A stretch of 62,206 nt of DNA, filler included, from Hausera hauseri (lineage: Eukaryota), in the NCBI GenBank assembly GCA_046269625.1. It is 10 parts of 10 records of this genome, joined end to end, with 100 filler letters (N's around TTAATTAATTAA, not from the genome) between each part and the next. Parts side by side here need not be neighbours in the genome. Positions count along the whole stretch, not along the records: positions 23,631 to 28,234 come from JBJURY010509351.1; positions 28,335 to 33,632 come from JBJURY010286502.1; positions 33,733 to 46,829 come from JBJURY010904645.1; 7 more parts are not named here. One strand, written 5' to 3'. How positions within the stretch are numbered: the first letter of the stretch is position 1; each line of letters opens with the position of its first letter. The notes under the pieces were generated by a model. The model was not told where the DNA came from and did no database searches. It saw only the letters and a list, made by a program, of their open reading frames with translations. Positions 25,238 to 38,355 of this stretch are shown one piece after another. The position numbers were made by a program, and so were the translations under genes.

Positions 25238-27360
25238 CCCTCATCCTACCAACATATTTAATATACGTTGTTTATTAGCTGGGTCCGAAAGGACCCCATT
25301 TTCGATGTTTGTCTGGTCAATTTATTTGCATTCTGATGTATAGAATGCCATCAATGACTATTTAAACCAATATGACAGGCTTTATAATTACTGAATTCCA
25401 CTGAAAGTCATAAAATGAGCTAATAAAAACTAATTAAGCCACATTGTAGATTTTTAATTAAGGCTCCCGAACAGTTCAGTTGTGCTAGCTATAGGCCTAA
25501 TGTTTTATTGTTTCAACGTAAGTTGCTTCTCAATGTCATTGTGCTTGCTGGCACTCATCGCAGAGAATTTGTATCTGATTGTGTAGTGGGCAAAGTGACT
25601 TCATGCACGCCGAGCACATCCTGGAAACCTTTTGTCTTTATTTTGAGGACAAAGGCTGCATCGACGTTTCTTGTTGGAATTTGTTGAAGACCGAGTTGGT
25701 GTCATGTCATGCTCGACGCAAAATCATTTCATCGCCTGCCTGATTGAAAACTGCAACGTTGGAACAGATGATCTCCATTTCATTTGCGTCATAACCGAGG
25801 AGTAGCCAAGTTCTCTGAAATATCGCCCGCTGTCGTTTGCCTTCCGAAGCTTTCCACTCAGGATTGAGTCACAACCAAACAATGGATATTGCAATAGCAG
25901 TTACATCAATGATGTCAGAAAACAACATTGGTCACCTGTTCACCTTTCTCCTGTACATGTACATGGTTGCAAGATGATGAGATTATCTACTCCACTTTTA
26001 GTGGAATTGTAATGCATAATGATTTCCGCTTTTTTTCACATCTCCTTTGACAGTTGTGTCGTGATGCATAGATGACAGCAATCACTGCTTTTCTTGGCTT
26101 TGACACATGCTACAAGAATGAATTGGTCGTGAAATGCAAAGACTGAGCTGAATTGTTCACGACTGGCACTGGCTCTTAGTTCGGTTGTAATTTGTGGCTT
26201 GTTACTGCGTATGGTTCCAGTATGTCAGGCCATCAGCTAAAAGTTGCTCATCCAGAGGAACAGAGGTGAAGAAGTTGTCTCCAATAATATTTCTTCCATA
26301 ACAACGCCAAGAGGAAATCAAATGCTACCAGCTGTTAATTAACACAAATCATAGCCAGGTATGTAGTACTTTGGTAGCTGTTCAGTAAACAAGTTCCAAA
26401 TATCTTTTATGGGAGCAAGCTTGTCAGCCATTTGTTGTTTAGCGCAACTTCCTTTGTTATCAAATCGCATGTACTTGAATATACCAATGATTTGATTGCG
26501 AGGCATAGTTGTAGTACACACTGGTCTATCTTCTCTTTCTGATCACAAAGTAGAAACTGACTCATGGTTATTGCGGTATGCGCCAGCAAGCATGAAGAGG
26601 CCAATGAACGTCTTAATTTCGTCGCCATCTACAGGATTCCATTCACCACGCAGTTTTTCAGGATTGCCTTCATTCCATACCCTAATGCGTCTCCTGGCTT
26701 CTTTATTTGTTTGCAGGAGAGTTATTAACCATTCCATCTGTGATGAAGAACTGAAATGTTTCAATCAGACTCTTGCCGTTACTACGAACCAATGCAGTAT
26801 TGCCTGATACCTGCCAAATATCTTGTTCACGGCGGCTGCCTGTGGTAGGCAGATTGCGGTTCCAAGTGAATTTATCTTTACCAAGAAATGATGGACTTGT
26901 AAAGCTAGCTGCTGTTGGATTTCTGCTCCCATCACTGTTTAGTTGATGTCCACGACCGCAACCGCAACCACGACTTCTACCTCTACGAAAACGATATAAC
27001 TTCAAGAATTCAAGATAGCTTAGAGAAAAATCATTGCTGGGATCAATACCATGTTTTGACCAAGAATTACTGAAAAACATTTCAAATAATAAATTTTACT
27101 ATTATAGTGTTAACAGCGATAGTGACAGTCCGACGCTGCTACAAAGGCATGGCGAACAGCATTCAGCTTTGGGGTCTTTTTTACCTCAGAAGACAAACTA
27201 TATTTAAATTTCTGTCTAAAGTCTGATTGGAAAAATAAACCACACGCATGCCGTAAGAGAGTCTAGCAGATAAACTCCTAAAACGCCAGAATGTCAAGCA
27301 CAATAGACCAAGAGGTTATACGTGTTAGATCTGAACGAACCCCAGCTGGTAAGATGAAGG
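25238..27360 (-). mobile_element. piggyBac transposon (PGBD4-like transposase, degenerate) with TIRs and TTAA TSD
   Basis: TTAA at 25234-25237 and 27361-27364; TIR CC(C/T)TCATC(C/T)TACCA; motifs DEIKTFIGL, DKLAPIKDIW, GDNFFTSV, YNSTKSGVD and a Cys-rich C-terminus. Confidence 0.92.
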
Positions 27361-27675
27361 TTAACATCTTGCCAATTGCAGTTTGGTAGAATGTATGGAA
27401 CGTTATTATATCCAGAATAATTTTTGTAATCTCTCTTGCCTTGTTTAAGATCTCTAGGCAATTCAACTGTTAATGAGAATCCATTAATATCACAGCCATC
27501 TGTTTAATAGCGTCTTCAGCATCTCTTATCGTCAAAGGTTAAAAATGCAAATTACAATCCATTCCGGTTTTTAATACCAATATCAAGAAAATTTCCAGTG
27601 CAATTAAAAAGCTTTTCTAATTCTCATACTATCCAATAGTAGATTGTCGACATAAACCTTTCGTTCATTAACCAT
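27361..27675 (-). pseudogene. SRSF1/SRSF9-like SR protein, RRM1 and start of RRM2
   Basis: MVNERKVYVDNL, ELEKLF, DIGIKNRNG, FAFLTFDDKR, DAEDAIK, LTVELPR and NWQDV, with frameshifts. Confidence 0.8.
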
Positions 27676-28503
27676 ATTCATTTAATTGATAATTTAATTT
27701 TTGAATCTCTTTGCTATGCCGATTTATGATTAATCAATTTTTGATATACATATATGGTATGTTTGTATAGTTTGTATAATACAGTTTGCCGATGGAAACT
27801 GTATCAACATGCACCTATTTGTAATACATCAATCTCATACATAATTTTGCACATACACATTTATTCAATCATTCATTATTTTCACATACATTTTTGGATA
27901 CGTATAAATTTATTTACATCACACACCAATTTCGTATAATTAACACAATATACATAAAACAGTATATACAATATACAATATTCAACACACAATTGGATAT
28001 TTACCGGATTACCCAACTTGTCCGTCGGGTTCTAACAAGAGGGTAACATTTTAGATTTTTGATGTACGTTTATTTTTATGTAGGAAAATGTGAACAAAAT
28101 TTCGTTTCTTATTTATTGGAATATTATTCAAATTTCAATTAATGATCTTCTTAAAGCAACTACATATTACTTGGTGTTCATATAGTAACTCGTGGTAAAA
28201 TATAAAATTTGACGTGTATTTCATTAAATATAGCNNNNNNNNNNNNNNNNNNNNNNNNNNNNNNNNNNNNNNNNNNNNTTAATTAATTAANNNNNNNNNN
28301 NNNNNNNNNNNNNNNNNNNNNNNNNNNNNNNNNNTTCCCCCCCCCCCCCCGCGGGGGGTGGTAGAGCAGAACCGCCATTTTCCCCCTACTACTTTCAGAA
28401 GTTTTTTTCTGTTACTTGGTATTTCTGGCTGTTTGATTAGTGGTAGAATTTCCAGCAAATGAAATTTTATGATTAAAGTGTTGTTATTTGCCAAAAGAAG
28501 AGG

Positions 28504-28749
28504 TTACAATTTTGTTAATATATTAAATGTTGGAAAGGCTGTACTAAAAGTCCATTGCCACGTACAGTCGTGGTAGCCTTTTAAAACCGCGAAGAATACT
28601 GATAAATGAGCATTTCTTCCCATACCATTACCCTCCAGATAAACTCGTATACAGAAGTTGTACTGTTGAAGACTGAAGGAATCACTGGCTATTGTAACAC
28701 TGTTCTTGTTGTAGTTAAAGTTTTCTAATCGCCAAATGAAGGTATTCAT
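28504..28749 (-). CDS. TRAF-type MATH domain protein (partial domain)
   Basis: FIWRLENF..YNFCIRVYLEGNGMGRNAHLSVFFAVLKGYHD..QWTF matches the TRAF MATH consensus. No intron. Confidence 0.85.
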   Translation of the reverse strand: MNTFIWRLENFNYNKNSVTIASDSFSLQQYNFCIRVYLEGNGMGRNAHLSVFFAVLKGYHDCTWQWTFSTAFPTFNILTKL

Positions 28750-28799
28750 ATCACTGAATTCAGTGTAAATGTACTGTTATACATACAAGAATCCAACCA

Positions 28800-30940
28800 A
28801 TCAGAAAAGACACACTAAATTGTCCGTAAGCAACACTTTTGTCTTTATGAGTCCAATGCTGTTTTTGGAGTAAATGGTTTGTAGCGGATGGTTTTTTGTC
28901 TTAATTCGTTCGTGGGTAACTGTTGTACCATATCCGTTTTCATGCGATCTGGAATAATATTCAAACTGTAAATTGGTCTGTTTTAGATTAATCCCTTTGT
29001 ATTTGAAGACTGGTCTGTTCCGTGTTTTCAGAGTGTTTGATTTCGACCGTAAAAAATCTCTTTATACTCAACACAAACCTTACATTTAAATTTCCCAATA
29101 ACAGCTGAGCATCGAGATCAATACAGTGGATCACTCACATCATAGTTGGAAGTGTCCAACTATTCGTTAACTATCATTACCGGTAAAAGTTGTTATCGTA
29201 AATCAACACCATGGCACTCAAGAAAAAGGCAGTTTAACTGTTGCCTGCATGTCTCTAATTAGATATAGTTCAACTGATACATCCGTAACTTTGACAAATC
29301 AAGTACTGCCTGACCGATGTACGAGGGCCTATCTAAAGTAACCGTGTCTTTATCAAAGAGAACAGCAACTATGTCATCAGTTATAATAATGCTTTCCTTA
29401 AACTGCGTCTTGCTGGTATATGTAATAAGCTTCTTAGAATTATTACGTAGTTTCAAGTTGGACCTTTTAGGCGATTTCTACTGTTTTACTATATAAGTTA
29501 TTGCTTTTCTGCTTAAAGAAATCTTTCTCAAAAGGATTATTCGTCGCCGCCATTTTAGCAGTATTTAAATCGATGTAATTCTTAAACACATAACCCTGGT
29601 CAAATTCAACAGCCCTATGAACTTTTTCAACAAGAGCACCTAATTCAGTGCAAAACTGCAACACCCGATAGTGGAACACATAGTTGGTTTTATGCTCATT
29701 TGTCAACAACAATTTCTTAACTCTTGACCCAGGAGGACTTTGATTATCCAAAGCTCGCTTTTCCTTAACAGTGTCAAGATAATGCAACTGCTCCGTCGGA
29801 CTGTTTAAAGTATTTTCATTGTAAATGCATATTAAATTCCCAAATGGCAAAGGTTGTGATAAAGCCTAGCTGTACAAATTATTTACATTTATATACAAGG
29901 GACTGGTGCTTTCATCGGTAGTAACTCTATGCTTATTTTCAAAAGCCATGCAACCGCGAATACCCACTTGAAAGAAAGTGCACATTTCGGGACCTTGTAT
30001 AAGTTCAATCCTACAAGAAATTGATTTCAATGCTGTTGCCATAGATAAACCGGGAATTGAAACAAAGTTAACAGCCTCTAAACCATACTGCAACTTAACC
30101 TCTTTCCTAAATCGTTCAAAAATATCTCCTAACAAGTATACATCGAGTTTCATGTATACCAACATATAATAAAAAAGACTGTTACACCTATACCTCGAGC
30201 AAGCAAGTTGTGCTTCCTCATAATCACCATCATTAATATCATCCCATTTAGGTGGTAACTGACAAATAGACTGCAAATCACTAAACGATTTGGCTGCAGT
30301 ATATGAAAAATGCTTTTTCCCTTAATGATGTCAGAAGGAAAAGCTGATTATGTAAATGAATAACTGTCTAAATTCGAAGCTAAAGCCTTCAAAGAAGCCG
30401 GTAAGAACTGAAAGGAGTCCAGGAATCGAATAAAAATAGATTTCTAAGTGAACAGAGACTCATTGACTGCATAGTTAAAAAGTTTTCCGTTGTTTGAGGA
30501 ATTAGACTTAATTCCCAACTATGAAATTTACTTAAGGTCTATTTTAAGATATGATAAAGATCATATCCACACAAATTATGAAAAATAACAGGCAAATTAT
30601 GCCTAATCTAGAGTGCCAAGTTATATTTACTACAAGCTGGGACCAACACAAACTATAATCATTCTGTACGTTTTTAATGACCGTTGCATTTTTTAGTAAC
30701 AGGTGTTGGCAGATATGACTTTTCGGACAAATAAGATAATGGGTTTTTGACTGTGAAAACCTACTTCAAAATCTTAACAAATTTGAATCCATTACCAATT
30801 TCAACGGAATTTTCAATTTGCTCTTGCAAATTATCAGCAACAGATTGATGATAAGGAACAGCTCGGTGAGAAATATGTCTCTTTAATGTCACACTCAGCA
30901 TTCTCAGTTTAAAAACTGTACTGAACTTTACATGATGAAA
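28800..30940 (-). pseudogene. Protein-primed family-B DNA polymerase of a Polinton/Maverick/adintovirus-like element, degenerate
   Basis: IFHNLCGYD, RFLDSFQF, LDVYLLGDIFERFR, YINVNNLYS, FEKDFFK..NNLYSKTVE, YIGQAVLDLSKLRMY, LDTSNY. Boundaries approximate. Confidence 0.9.
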
Positions 30941-30955
30941 ATCAAGTGTACAAAT

Positions 30956-32644
30956 CTAAAGTTCCAGAATATCCATAATTGGTCGTTCTGTGTATAGTTG
31001 CTTGGTAGTTCTTATTGTTAATCCCTGGTGTTTCGTGGCAAGTGGAATCTCGTCCGGAGTGAGAATAAATTCGGTCGTGTTAAGTTCATCAATTGGACTA
31101 ATTTTAATATACATTTGGCGACAAATCAATTTCTGTCGTTTTTGGTTATTCGTTGACATTTTCGTTTCCGTCAGAAATTTGAATAAATCTTCGTCTGTAA
31201 ATTTATCCGGTTCCTGATGATAAAAATGGTTAACATGATTTAGTATAGTACCCATGTTCTGATAAGTGGAGATAAAAAGATGAGGGTATTACGTTAATGT
31301 CTTCGGATAAAGAGCGAGATGCCGATTGAATTGCAGCAGTTTCGAATGGCTGTTTTTTGACATTTGTTTTTGAATATTTAACTGATATTCTCGAATTGAA
31401 TGTTCAGTTATCAATGCTATTCTACGATTGATATTCATTTGGAGTCCTGCTCGTATTGGACAGAACCTTTTGAAATTCACTTGCGAATATACCGAATGGC
31501 ATTAGATACCAGGCCAAAATTTTGCAACTCCATTCAAAATGAGTCTTCAGCTTTCCTTGATGCATTTCATCTTTCATGTACAAATCAGCCACTTCGTTTA
31601 CATCTCCCTGTTGGAGAAACTTTACAATCCAAATAATTGTTGCTTGAGTCAACCTTTCTGAATAAAGAATCTGGAGTGTTTCGTCTAGCGTTTTATATTT
31701 TGAGTTATGATTTAAATCAAAGTAAAAGTTTTCAGAGATTTTTTTCCGGTTTTTCAGGTCATATAAACATACATTTCCAAATATCATCACCAAATCCGGT
31801 TCTGATCTCAGAGATTTCACGCTAACTTTGATTTATTTTCCTACTATTTCTGTTGGGAGATCAATGCCCGGTATTCGTTCAAATAATTTCTCTATTCTTT
31901 GGTTAATGTATATATTGAACAATTTGGTTTGACGAGCTTTCTGACGAAGTTTCAAATTTTGTTGCTCCTCCGTTTTTAGAACGAGGACATTTAACAAACC
32001 TGTAAGTAATGGATCATAGTCGATTTTATACAAACATTGATAGTTCGAATGACTAATATAGCCGTCGGCGGTCGATAAATATTCTAACTCTTGATCAATT
32101 TCGTATATTGGGACATCAACGATGTCGACATCATCTGGGAAATTATTATACCTTTCATACCTTGACTTAATAACGTTGAAATCCTTTGAATACGATTCAA
32201 TAAATCTGTCAAGGACAGGATTTTTCAGCTCGGAATTTTCAACATTCGACATTTTAACTGTTCTTGTTGGACGTGAATTTGTATATAACACAAGATTACC
32301 GCATGGCACTGAAAAATTGTCTGCTGTGGTATCAGTGGACTTTTTACCCGAATTATATTCTTCAATGAAGTTATTTTCTTCATTAACGTGGTAATCCAAA
32401 ACAAGCGTTTCGCTACTTTTAATATCAGCTTTCTTGACATTTGGTGTTGAATTCCTTTGTTTTGTATCTTGTCGCCAGAATTTACTGGTGAATTTTTTTG
32501 ATAAGATTTTAAATTTGATACAGATCCAATGTAGGCGGTACAATTGTGAAAAATCCATGTAAAATCTGAATAAAATGTTTCTGAAGAACAATAATCGCTA
32601 TCTATTGGTTCATGAACAGACATTGATTTGAAAGGTTCGTTCAT
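30956..32644 (-). pseudogene. Run of broken unknown ORFs upstream of pPolB (element accessory genes / terminal-protein region)
   Basis: Co-oriented 63-252 aa frames, tightly packed. No family recognised. Confidence 0.45.
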
Positions 32645-33296
32645 AAATGTAGACCTCTGACAGCAATTTAAAACCGTTGGAGTTGATTAACAAAAATCTA
32701 AAAGAACTGTAGTCTAACCAAAAATCGATTCTCTATTGACAAAATTATATTATCGCCCCGTTTACAAATTTTTAAAACAAACTTAATTTTTGTCAAAACA
32801 ACATTTGTTCATCTCAACCAATAATCACAAAATTACCAGACATTCAATAATTAACAAAACGAGAGTACAATTAACAAATAAAAATCACTCCTTTTCTCCA
32901 TTTGTCTAGTGGTTTAAAGAGGGAAAATTATCAACAGAAAATTATCAATTTTCAGCTGTTCACGCACTGTTAGACATTGTTAGCAGAGAAATTTGAAAAT
33001 ATGACAATGCGGATAAGGTGATCTACTACACTGGAGTACAAATAAGGAATTCTGTGTCATACCATTTGATTTTGTCTAGAGGCCATTTCATCAAGTATTG
33101 TGTGGAATCTTGTGTATTGTGATATATGAGATGGAATGTGCTGACTTTGTTAGTGAAGAATATTGACTGGAGGTGGCTTGACAGCATCCCAACCATTGCT
33201 ATCCGGCTAAGGCACGAGTGGTGCCCGCGACCGCGGCATCACAATAATCTACTCTAATGTGGATTTACGCATCACAAATAGAATGAAAAAACTCAT

Positions 33297-33419
33297 TATA
33301 TGGTATTACCGAGTAACAGTTGTTCAAAGATCAGACCAGACAATGAGGTTGGTAAATATATTGTTGATGTCGGTAAAAGAAGAGATTTGGAAGGCGATTG
33401 GGAAGTAACACTTACAGAA
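33297..33419 (+). pseudogene. Polinton/adintovirus minor capsid (penton) N-terminal fragment
   Basis: YMVLPSNSCSKIRPDNEVGKYIVDVGKRRDLEGDWEVTLTE fits the FY.TLPSNS..P.N...L.G.WEV.L.E pattern. Confidence 0.75.
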
Positions 33420-34372
33420 AAAATAAAGTCTTTTAGAGGACAATAATGTTGCGAGTTGTTTGGTACTGATATTTCGGTCTTGCTAAGACTTTCTTCAGAG
33501 TATGGCTATTTTGGTGTTGGTCTTCGTGAATGAGTCTATTTCTTTTGTTCTTTTCCTTTTTCTTTATTTTTATTGGTTCCTCAAAACAGTATGCTGTTTA
33601 TATCGCCGATTTCTTGTTTGATGTTCAGTTGGNNNNNNNNNNNNNNNNNNNNNNNNNNNNNNNNNNNNNNNNNNNNTTAATTAATTAANNNNNNNNNNNN
33701 NNNNNNNNNNNNNNNNNNNNNNNNNNNNNNNNCACAGCTGTGTAATGTCACATCCTTAGTAAATAAATATTTGTACCACATCATGAAAAGTCATGGTTTT
33801 ACAGAGAAACTACTCATTTGTAATCACGGCACTTATTTATTGTTTCAGAGCCAAATGTATGTGTTAATCTTTGATTTGGCCATCAAGTATAAAACATAAT
33901 GACAAAAAAATTACTTAGTTCTGGCAAGCCAGCGGCTGTCAAATAAATATTTAAAAATCACAGATAATGACGCTAGCGAAGTGGGAAAACGAAGAAATAT
34001 ATTTTTTTTTTTTTAAACTAACACAGTAAACAAACATACCAATAACTTATACAGCAAAATCAGCGGCATCACGCAAATGAAAACTGGCAGGAAATAATTA
34101 ACAACATTAACAAAATATTACAACAGATTAAACACAAATCTACACAAATATTTGGTAGCGGAATAATTAACACATTTATAAGCTCTAAAGTAATATACAC
34201 ATCAAACATTTAATTTACCACCTCTTCCTTGTAGCATTAATAGTGTGGAAAATTCTGGAATGGTATATTACATAAATATGCACTTCAAGTACAAAAGGAA
34301 ATTAAAAAAAGATACGTTGGTAAACAAGCAAGAAAGACACACTGGTAAATTTTAAATCCAGCTCTGCTCAAC

Positions 34373-34445
34373 GGTCTTCTGTGGCTCAGTGGTTAGGATG
34401 CTCGCCTTGGAATCCGATGGTAGAGGGTTCGAAACCACGCAGAAT
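34373..34445 (+). mobile_element. tRNA-derived SINE head
   Basis: A box TGGCTCAGTGG and B box GGTTCGAAACC, without a complete cloverleaf. Confidence 0.65.
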
Positions 34446-34479
34446 CCCACTCACGATGAACTGCCCATCTGCTGTGAGT

Positions 34480-35480
34480 TTTAGTGGGGAGGCCATTGAA
34501 ACGTTGGCGGCTCTTGTCGACGCCTCTATGCACCACACGGTGTAAGGGACTTTCACTCACTATATCTCTGATGAGAAGGTCAATTTTCTTAACATCACTG
34601 TCTCCACCAAACCCTCGATTCTCTCGACCATTGTCTCCTGTGAACCCAGTGATGCCCACAGCAACCTGATTCTTATCACCTCTCGCCCTGTTTGAACTCC
34701 CTGCTTTACTCTCAGTTCCTTCGTCTTCGCCGCATCTGCCAAGACGAAGAGCTCACGAAATGTTGGACTTTTTCCGCAGTAGACTCTAGCCGAAACGTAT
34801 TCTCACCTTCATTCTAGAGTGTGTCCTCCCCATTTCAATGGAAGCTGCCCTCACACCACAGCATAAGGACCCGCCAATAGGGTTAAGCTAGTTTTAGCCT
34901 GCTGCCCCCACAGCGTCCTTGTCAAGCGCATCCCGTTCCGTCATTTGTTCTCCGTAGCTCTCTTCCCTTAACGTGCAAGGTCTTCCCAGACACCCCTTTT
35001 TGTTGCATACAGGCGCAACAAAAATCAGAAACCTCCTGATCCACTGCCGATTCAGGAGGACAGTTCCTGGACAACAGGGAATCGTGGCATGTGGTAGGTC
35101 CAATGCTACACATGCCCGTGTTTCTGACACAGTCCATGTCTTTCCCTAATGGCAAATACACAATGAGGGATAGCTTCTCTTGCACGTCACGCGACGTTAT
35201 TTATACTACCCGTCGCTAGCGATGCGGCAAGTGCTATGTGGGCCAGACGGGTCGTCAACTAGGAGACCGCTTCTGTGAGTACCTTAGGGACATCGAGAAT
35301 GAGAGTGACACACCCTTCGCCAAGCGTTTCAACAGCCCCAACCTCCACGGTGTGTCTGAAGTTGAAGTCACGGCCATCAGATTCTGTCTAACACCAGGTC
35401 CCGCCTCGCTTTTGAGAACCAGTTGATTTTTCCTTTGGGTGTGATCCAGCCGGTCGATTTGAATACAGTCAATTCTTTTG
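34480..35480 (+). mobile_element. Penelope-like retroelement 3' fragment (RT thumb + GIY-YIG endonuclease), degenerate
   Basis: ISDEKVNFL, YSQFLRLRRIC, a Cys linker and YVGQTGRQLGDRFCEYLRDI. Confidence 0.85.
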
Positions 35481-36093
35481 ACTGACCAAGCCTCCCTAGA
35501 TTCTTTCTTTCCCCATGTCGTCTTCTCTGCTCTTCTCCTTTAACCCCTATTGGTATTTTCCTCTCGGTCTCTCCACCCTGCCCTTAGGTCCCATGCCCTT
35601 CTTCTCCCTTTCCCAACTCTCCTGAGTATAGTGTCCCTCCTTGTCTTCCTTTTTCGCCTTTTTATTCCGATCATTGCCCCGTCCTTCTAGTCCCCTCCCT
35701 TCCATCTTGTCTCACATGTCTATCTCCACGGTCCATTGGTGATTGGCAGAGGTCACTATTTCCATCCAGTCGTATCTCTTGACCATGCGTCTGTACTACT
35801 TCCGCCAGCGCCAATTTTGATTGTATGCGGTATCTGTATTTTTCAGTCATGAATCAGGATCGCAACATCAGATAAGATTGTTTCATCTATTGTAATTAGA
35901 TCATTTAATGTAATTTTATTATGTTTCATATATTTTATTTGATGTTAGTTTATTGTCAGTGTACTTCTGCTTGATTTTTGCTACCTCTATCTGCCTTTCC
36001 ATCCTATATACTATTATACCACGTGACTCTTTCCTACGCCCCCGATGAAGTTGTAGTGTGTGTTGCCTGTAAAGTTTTCTGTTTTAGATGTAC

Positions 36094-36120
36094 CTAACGA
36101 AGACCTTGTTGGTCGTAACG
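36094..36120 (+). ncRNA. Degenerate minimal hammerhead ribozyme core in the Penelope 3' region
   Basis: CT(A)ACGA-A-GACC-ttgtt-GGTC-G(T)AAC versus CTGANGA-stem II-GAAAC; two core mismatches. Confidence 0.45.
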
Positions 36121-36719
36121 TAGTCGGTTTTGTCTTTTTTCGCCATTCTCGAAAGACTCCACTACCCATTTTTTTAATTTTTTTTTCACTATTCCACAGC
36201 TCTATGTGAGTCACTCTAGGCAACCCTACCTTCATGAAGCCCGTCGCTGACTCTTGGTGCCCCCCGTTAGGAAGTGACAGGGCTCTGCCGACTCGTTCTG
36301 TACTCGAGTATGGTGAGGTGAAAGGTTTAGGAGATGGCTCAGTTAGATTTCCAGGCCACGGCATCAGATAAACTGACGAAGTTGCGAAAAAGATCAGATC
36401 TTGGTCTTATGTTTACAGTTTCATCGTTGCTTGTTAAGCACAGGCAGTGTTTTAATTGAAAGAATGTTTATAAATAGGGTGGCATTATTTTATTCAGTAT
36501 TTGATAGACGTATCGTGATAGTAGAAGAAGTTTTTGACAAAGAGAATATTTAGTAAGGAAAACATTTGTGTGCTTTCTGGGCTTCTATCTAAGCCAGTCA
36601 GAAGCATTATTCTCTTGGACAGATTCAAGCCTCATCAAGGCAGTAGAATTACCACGAATCCAAACACTGGAGCAACAGAAGAGGTGACTTTCTATATGCA
36701 CATGGTAAAATGCTAATCT

Positions 36720-37050
36720 AGAGTTAAGACAGTGTTTAATTTTGAATAACTGGTAAACGTTCTGAGCGATTTTCTTTGCCGTGAAGAAGATATGTGGCTC
36801 CCAGCTTAAAGACTGGAAGATCTCTGATAATGAGTGCTTGAATGCTCAATATGTTCTCCTTCCAATATAACAGACAGTTCGGTATTCTGGCAGTTTTTAA
36901 GTTTTTATTGCCCAGTAGATACTATTAACGATTTAGTCTTGGCGATATTGATGGACATTTTGTTATGTGATATCGTAGAAGAGACTCTACAGAGTGCATG
37001 TATGAGCTAGCGACTGTCAGAGTTGTATCGTCGGCAAACATAAGGGTCTT
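36720..37050 (-). mobile_element. CR1/L2-type LINE RT remnant
   Basis: Reverse strand reads TLMFADDTT at ~37022-37047. Confidence 0.5.
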
Positions 37051-38323
37051 CACCCAAGGACAGATGATGAAACTGACAAGCAAGTGCGGCAGAAAAGCCT
37101 AGACAGTGCTGGAGACGGCGCTGTTTGGGTGACGGGCATTACTCGATCCTATGTCTCAGACGCAATAAACTGCCGTGCAACGGAAAGGCCAGACCCCTGA
37201 AATGAAGCCGCTTGACTTGCCTAGCACTTCGGGAACACGCACATCACGGGGTGAATCTGTCCGAACGCTAAGAGAGAGGAGCGGTTTTTTAAGTTAATTT
37301 TTCATCTCCTCATACAAGTGCTGCTGTTTCAAGCGTTTCAATTTTCCTGCCAGGATGGTGAATTGCGTGTCAATGTCTTTTGTCTTCTAGTTTGTCGAAT
37401 ACTGATGTATCGAATGTTGCAATGTTTCCACATAGAGGTTATCTCCGTGCTGCAAGCTTTCGTCTGTCACAAACATCCATGATAAACTCATTCATTGATC
37501 GTTTTTCAGATATCTTTAAATCTCGTCTTTGTCACATCTGACAATTCGCCAAGTCTGGGAATGCGACTGTCCTTCATTCTACATATCCGAACCATCTGGC
37601 TTCTATTGCGAAAATGGATAAGAAAAACGATCAGGCGGGTAGACAGGACACGTCCTTAGGAAGCAGTCGGACTGCTATGTTATGGACACCAAAGAGAAGA
37701 AAAATAGAATGTCCGAACAGTGGAGACAAAGAGGTGAACGATATGAATCACAGCTGGGGTACTATATAAAGGCTTGATGCAGACCGAGAGAGGAGGTGAA
37801 CGTTTGTTGCTGCCCTTAAGACGCCACAAGGCGTGATGGATGGTGACTGCTTTGGTGGTTTTCACCCAAGGAGAGTTGATGAAACTGACATGTAAGTGTC
37901 ACAGAAACAGTGCTGTAAAATAGTAACCAGGGGAAATAACCTGTTTAGATAACAATGCATTTTAGAGTTGAATCCCTTGCAGAAAGGAGCACCACTGAAC
38001 AAATCTTTAATCTAAGGATAGTGAGCGAGAAATATCAGCAACAGCAACAAGACATGCTATACGTCTTCATAGACTACAACAAGAGCCAGCAAGAAGAGGT
38101 TTGTATATAACGAGGAAAAAGATATGAAAGAAAAGCTACTAATCATGCTCGGTCCTATATTGCAACAAAGATCGTGCACTGAGCTGTTCTCCTCGAGAAT
38201 GGTGGTAACCAATTACCCCAGATCTTCTCTTCTTAAAACATTACCAAACATAGGTCGTTGCTCTTTTTAATCTTAGTGATAAGTTAACTTTCTGCATCTA
38301 GTCAAATGTTTGTGACTTGAGTC

Positions 38324-38355
38324 ACTTTATCATAGCCAAAAGGCCGGGAAGCCAT
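38324..38355 (-). ncRNA. U2 snRNA 5'-end fragment inside a repeat
   Basis: Reverse complement resembles ATCGCTTCTCGGCCTTTTGGCTAAGATCAAGT. Confidence 0.65.

Noticed and set aside
34373-34445. Functional tRNA gene
   Set aside because: A and B boxes are present but the acceptor and anticodon stems are poor, so it fits a SINE head better.
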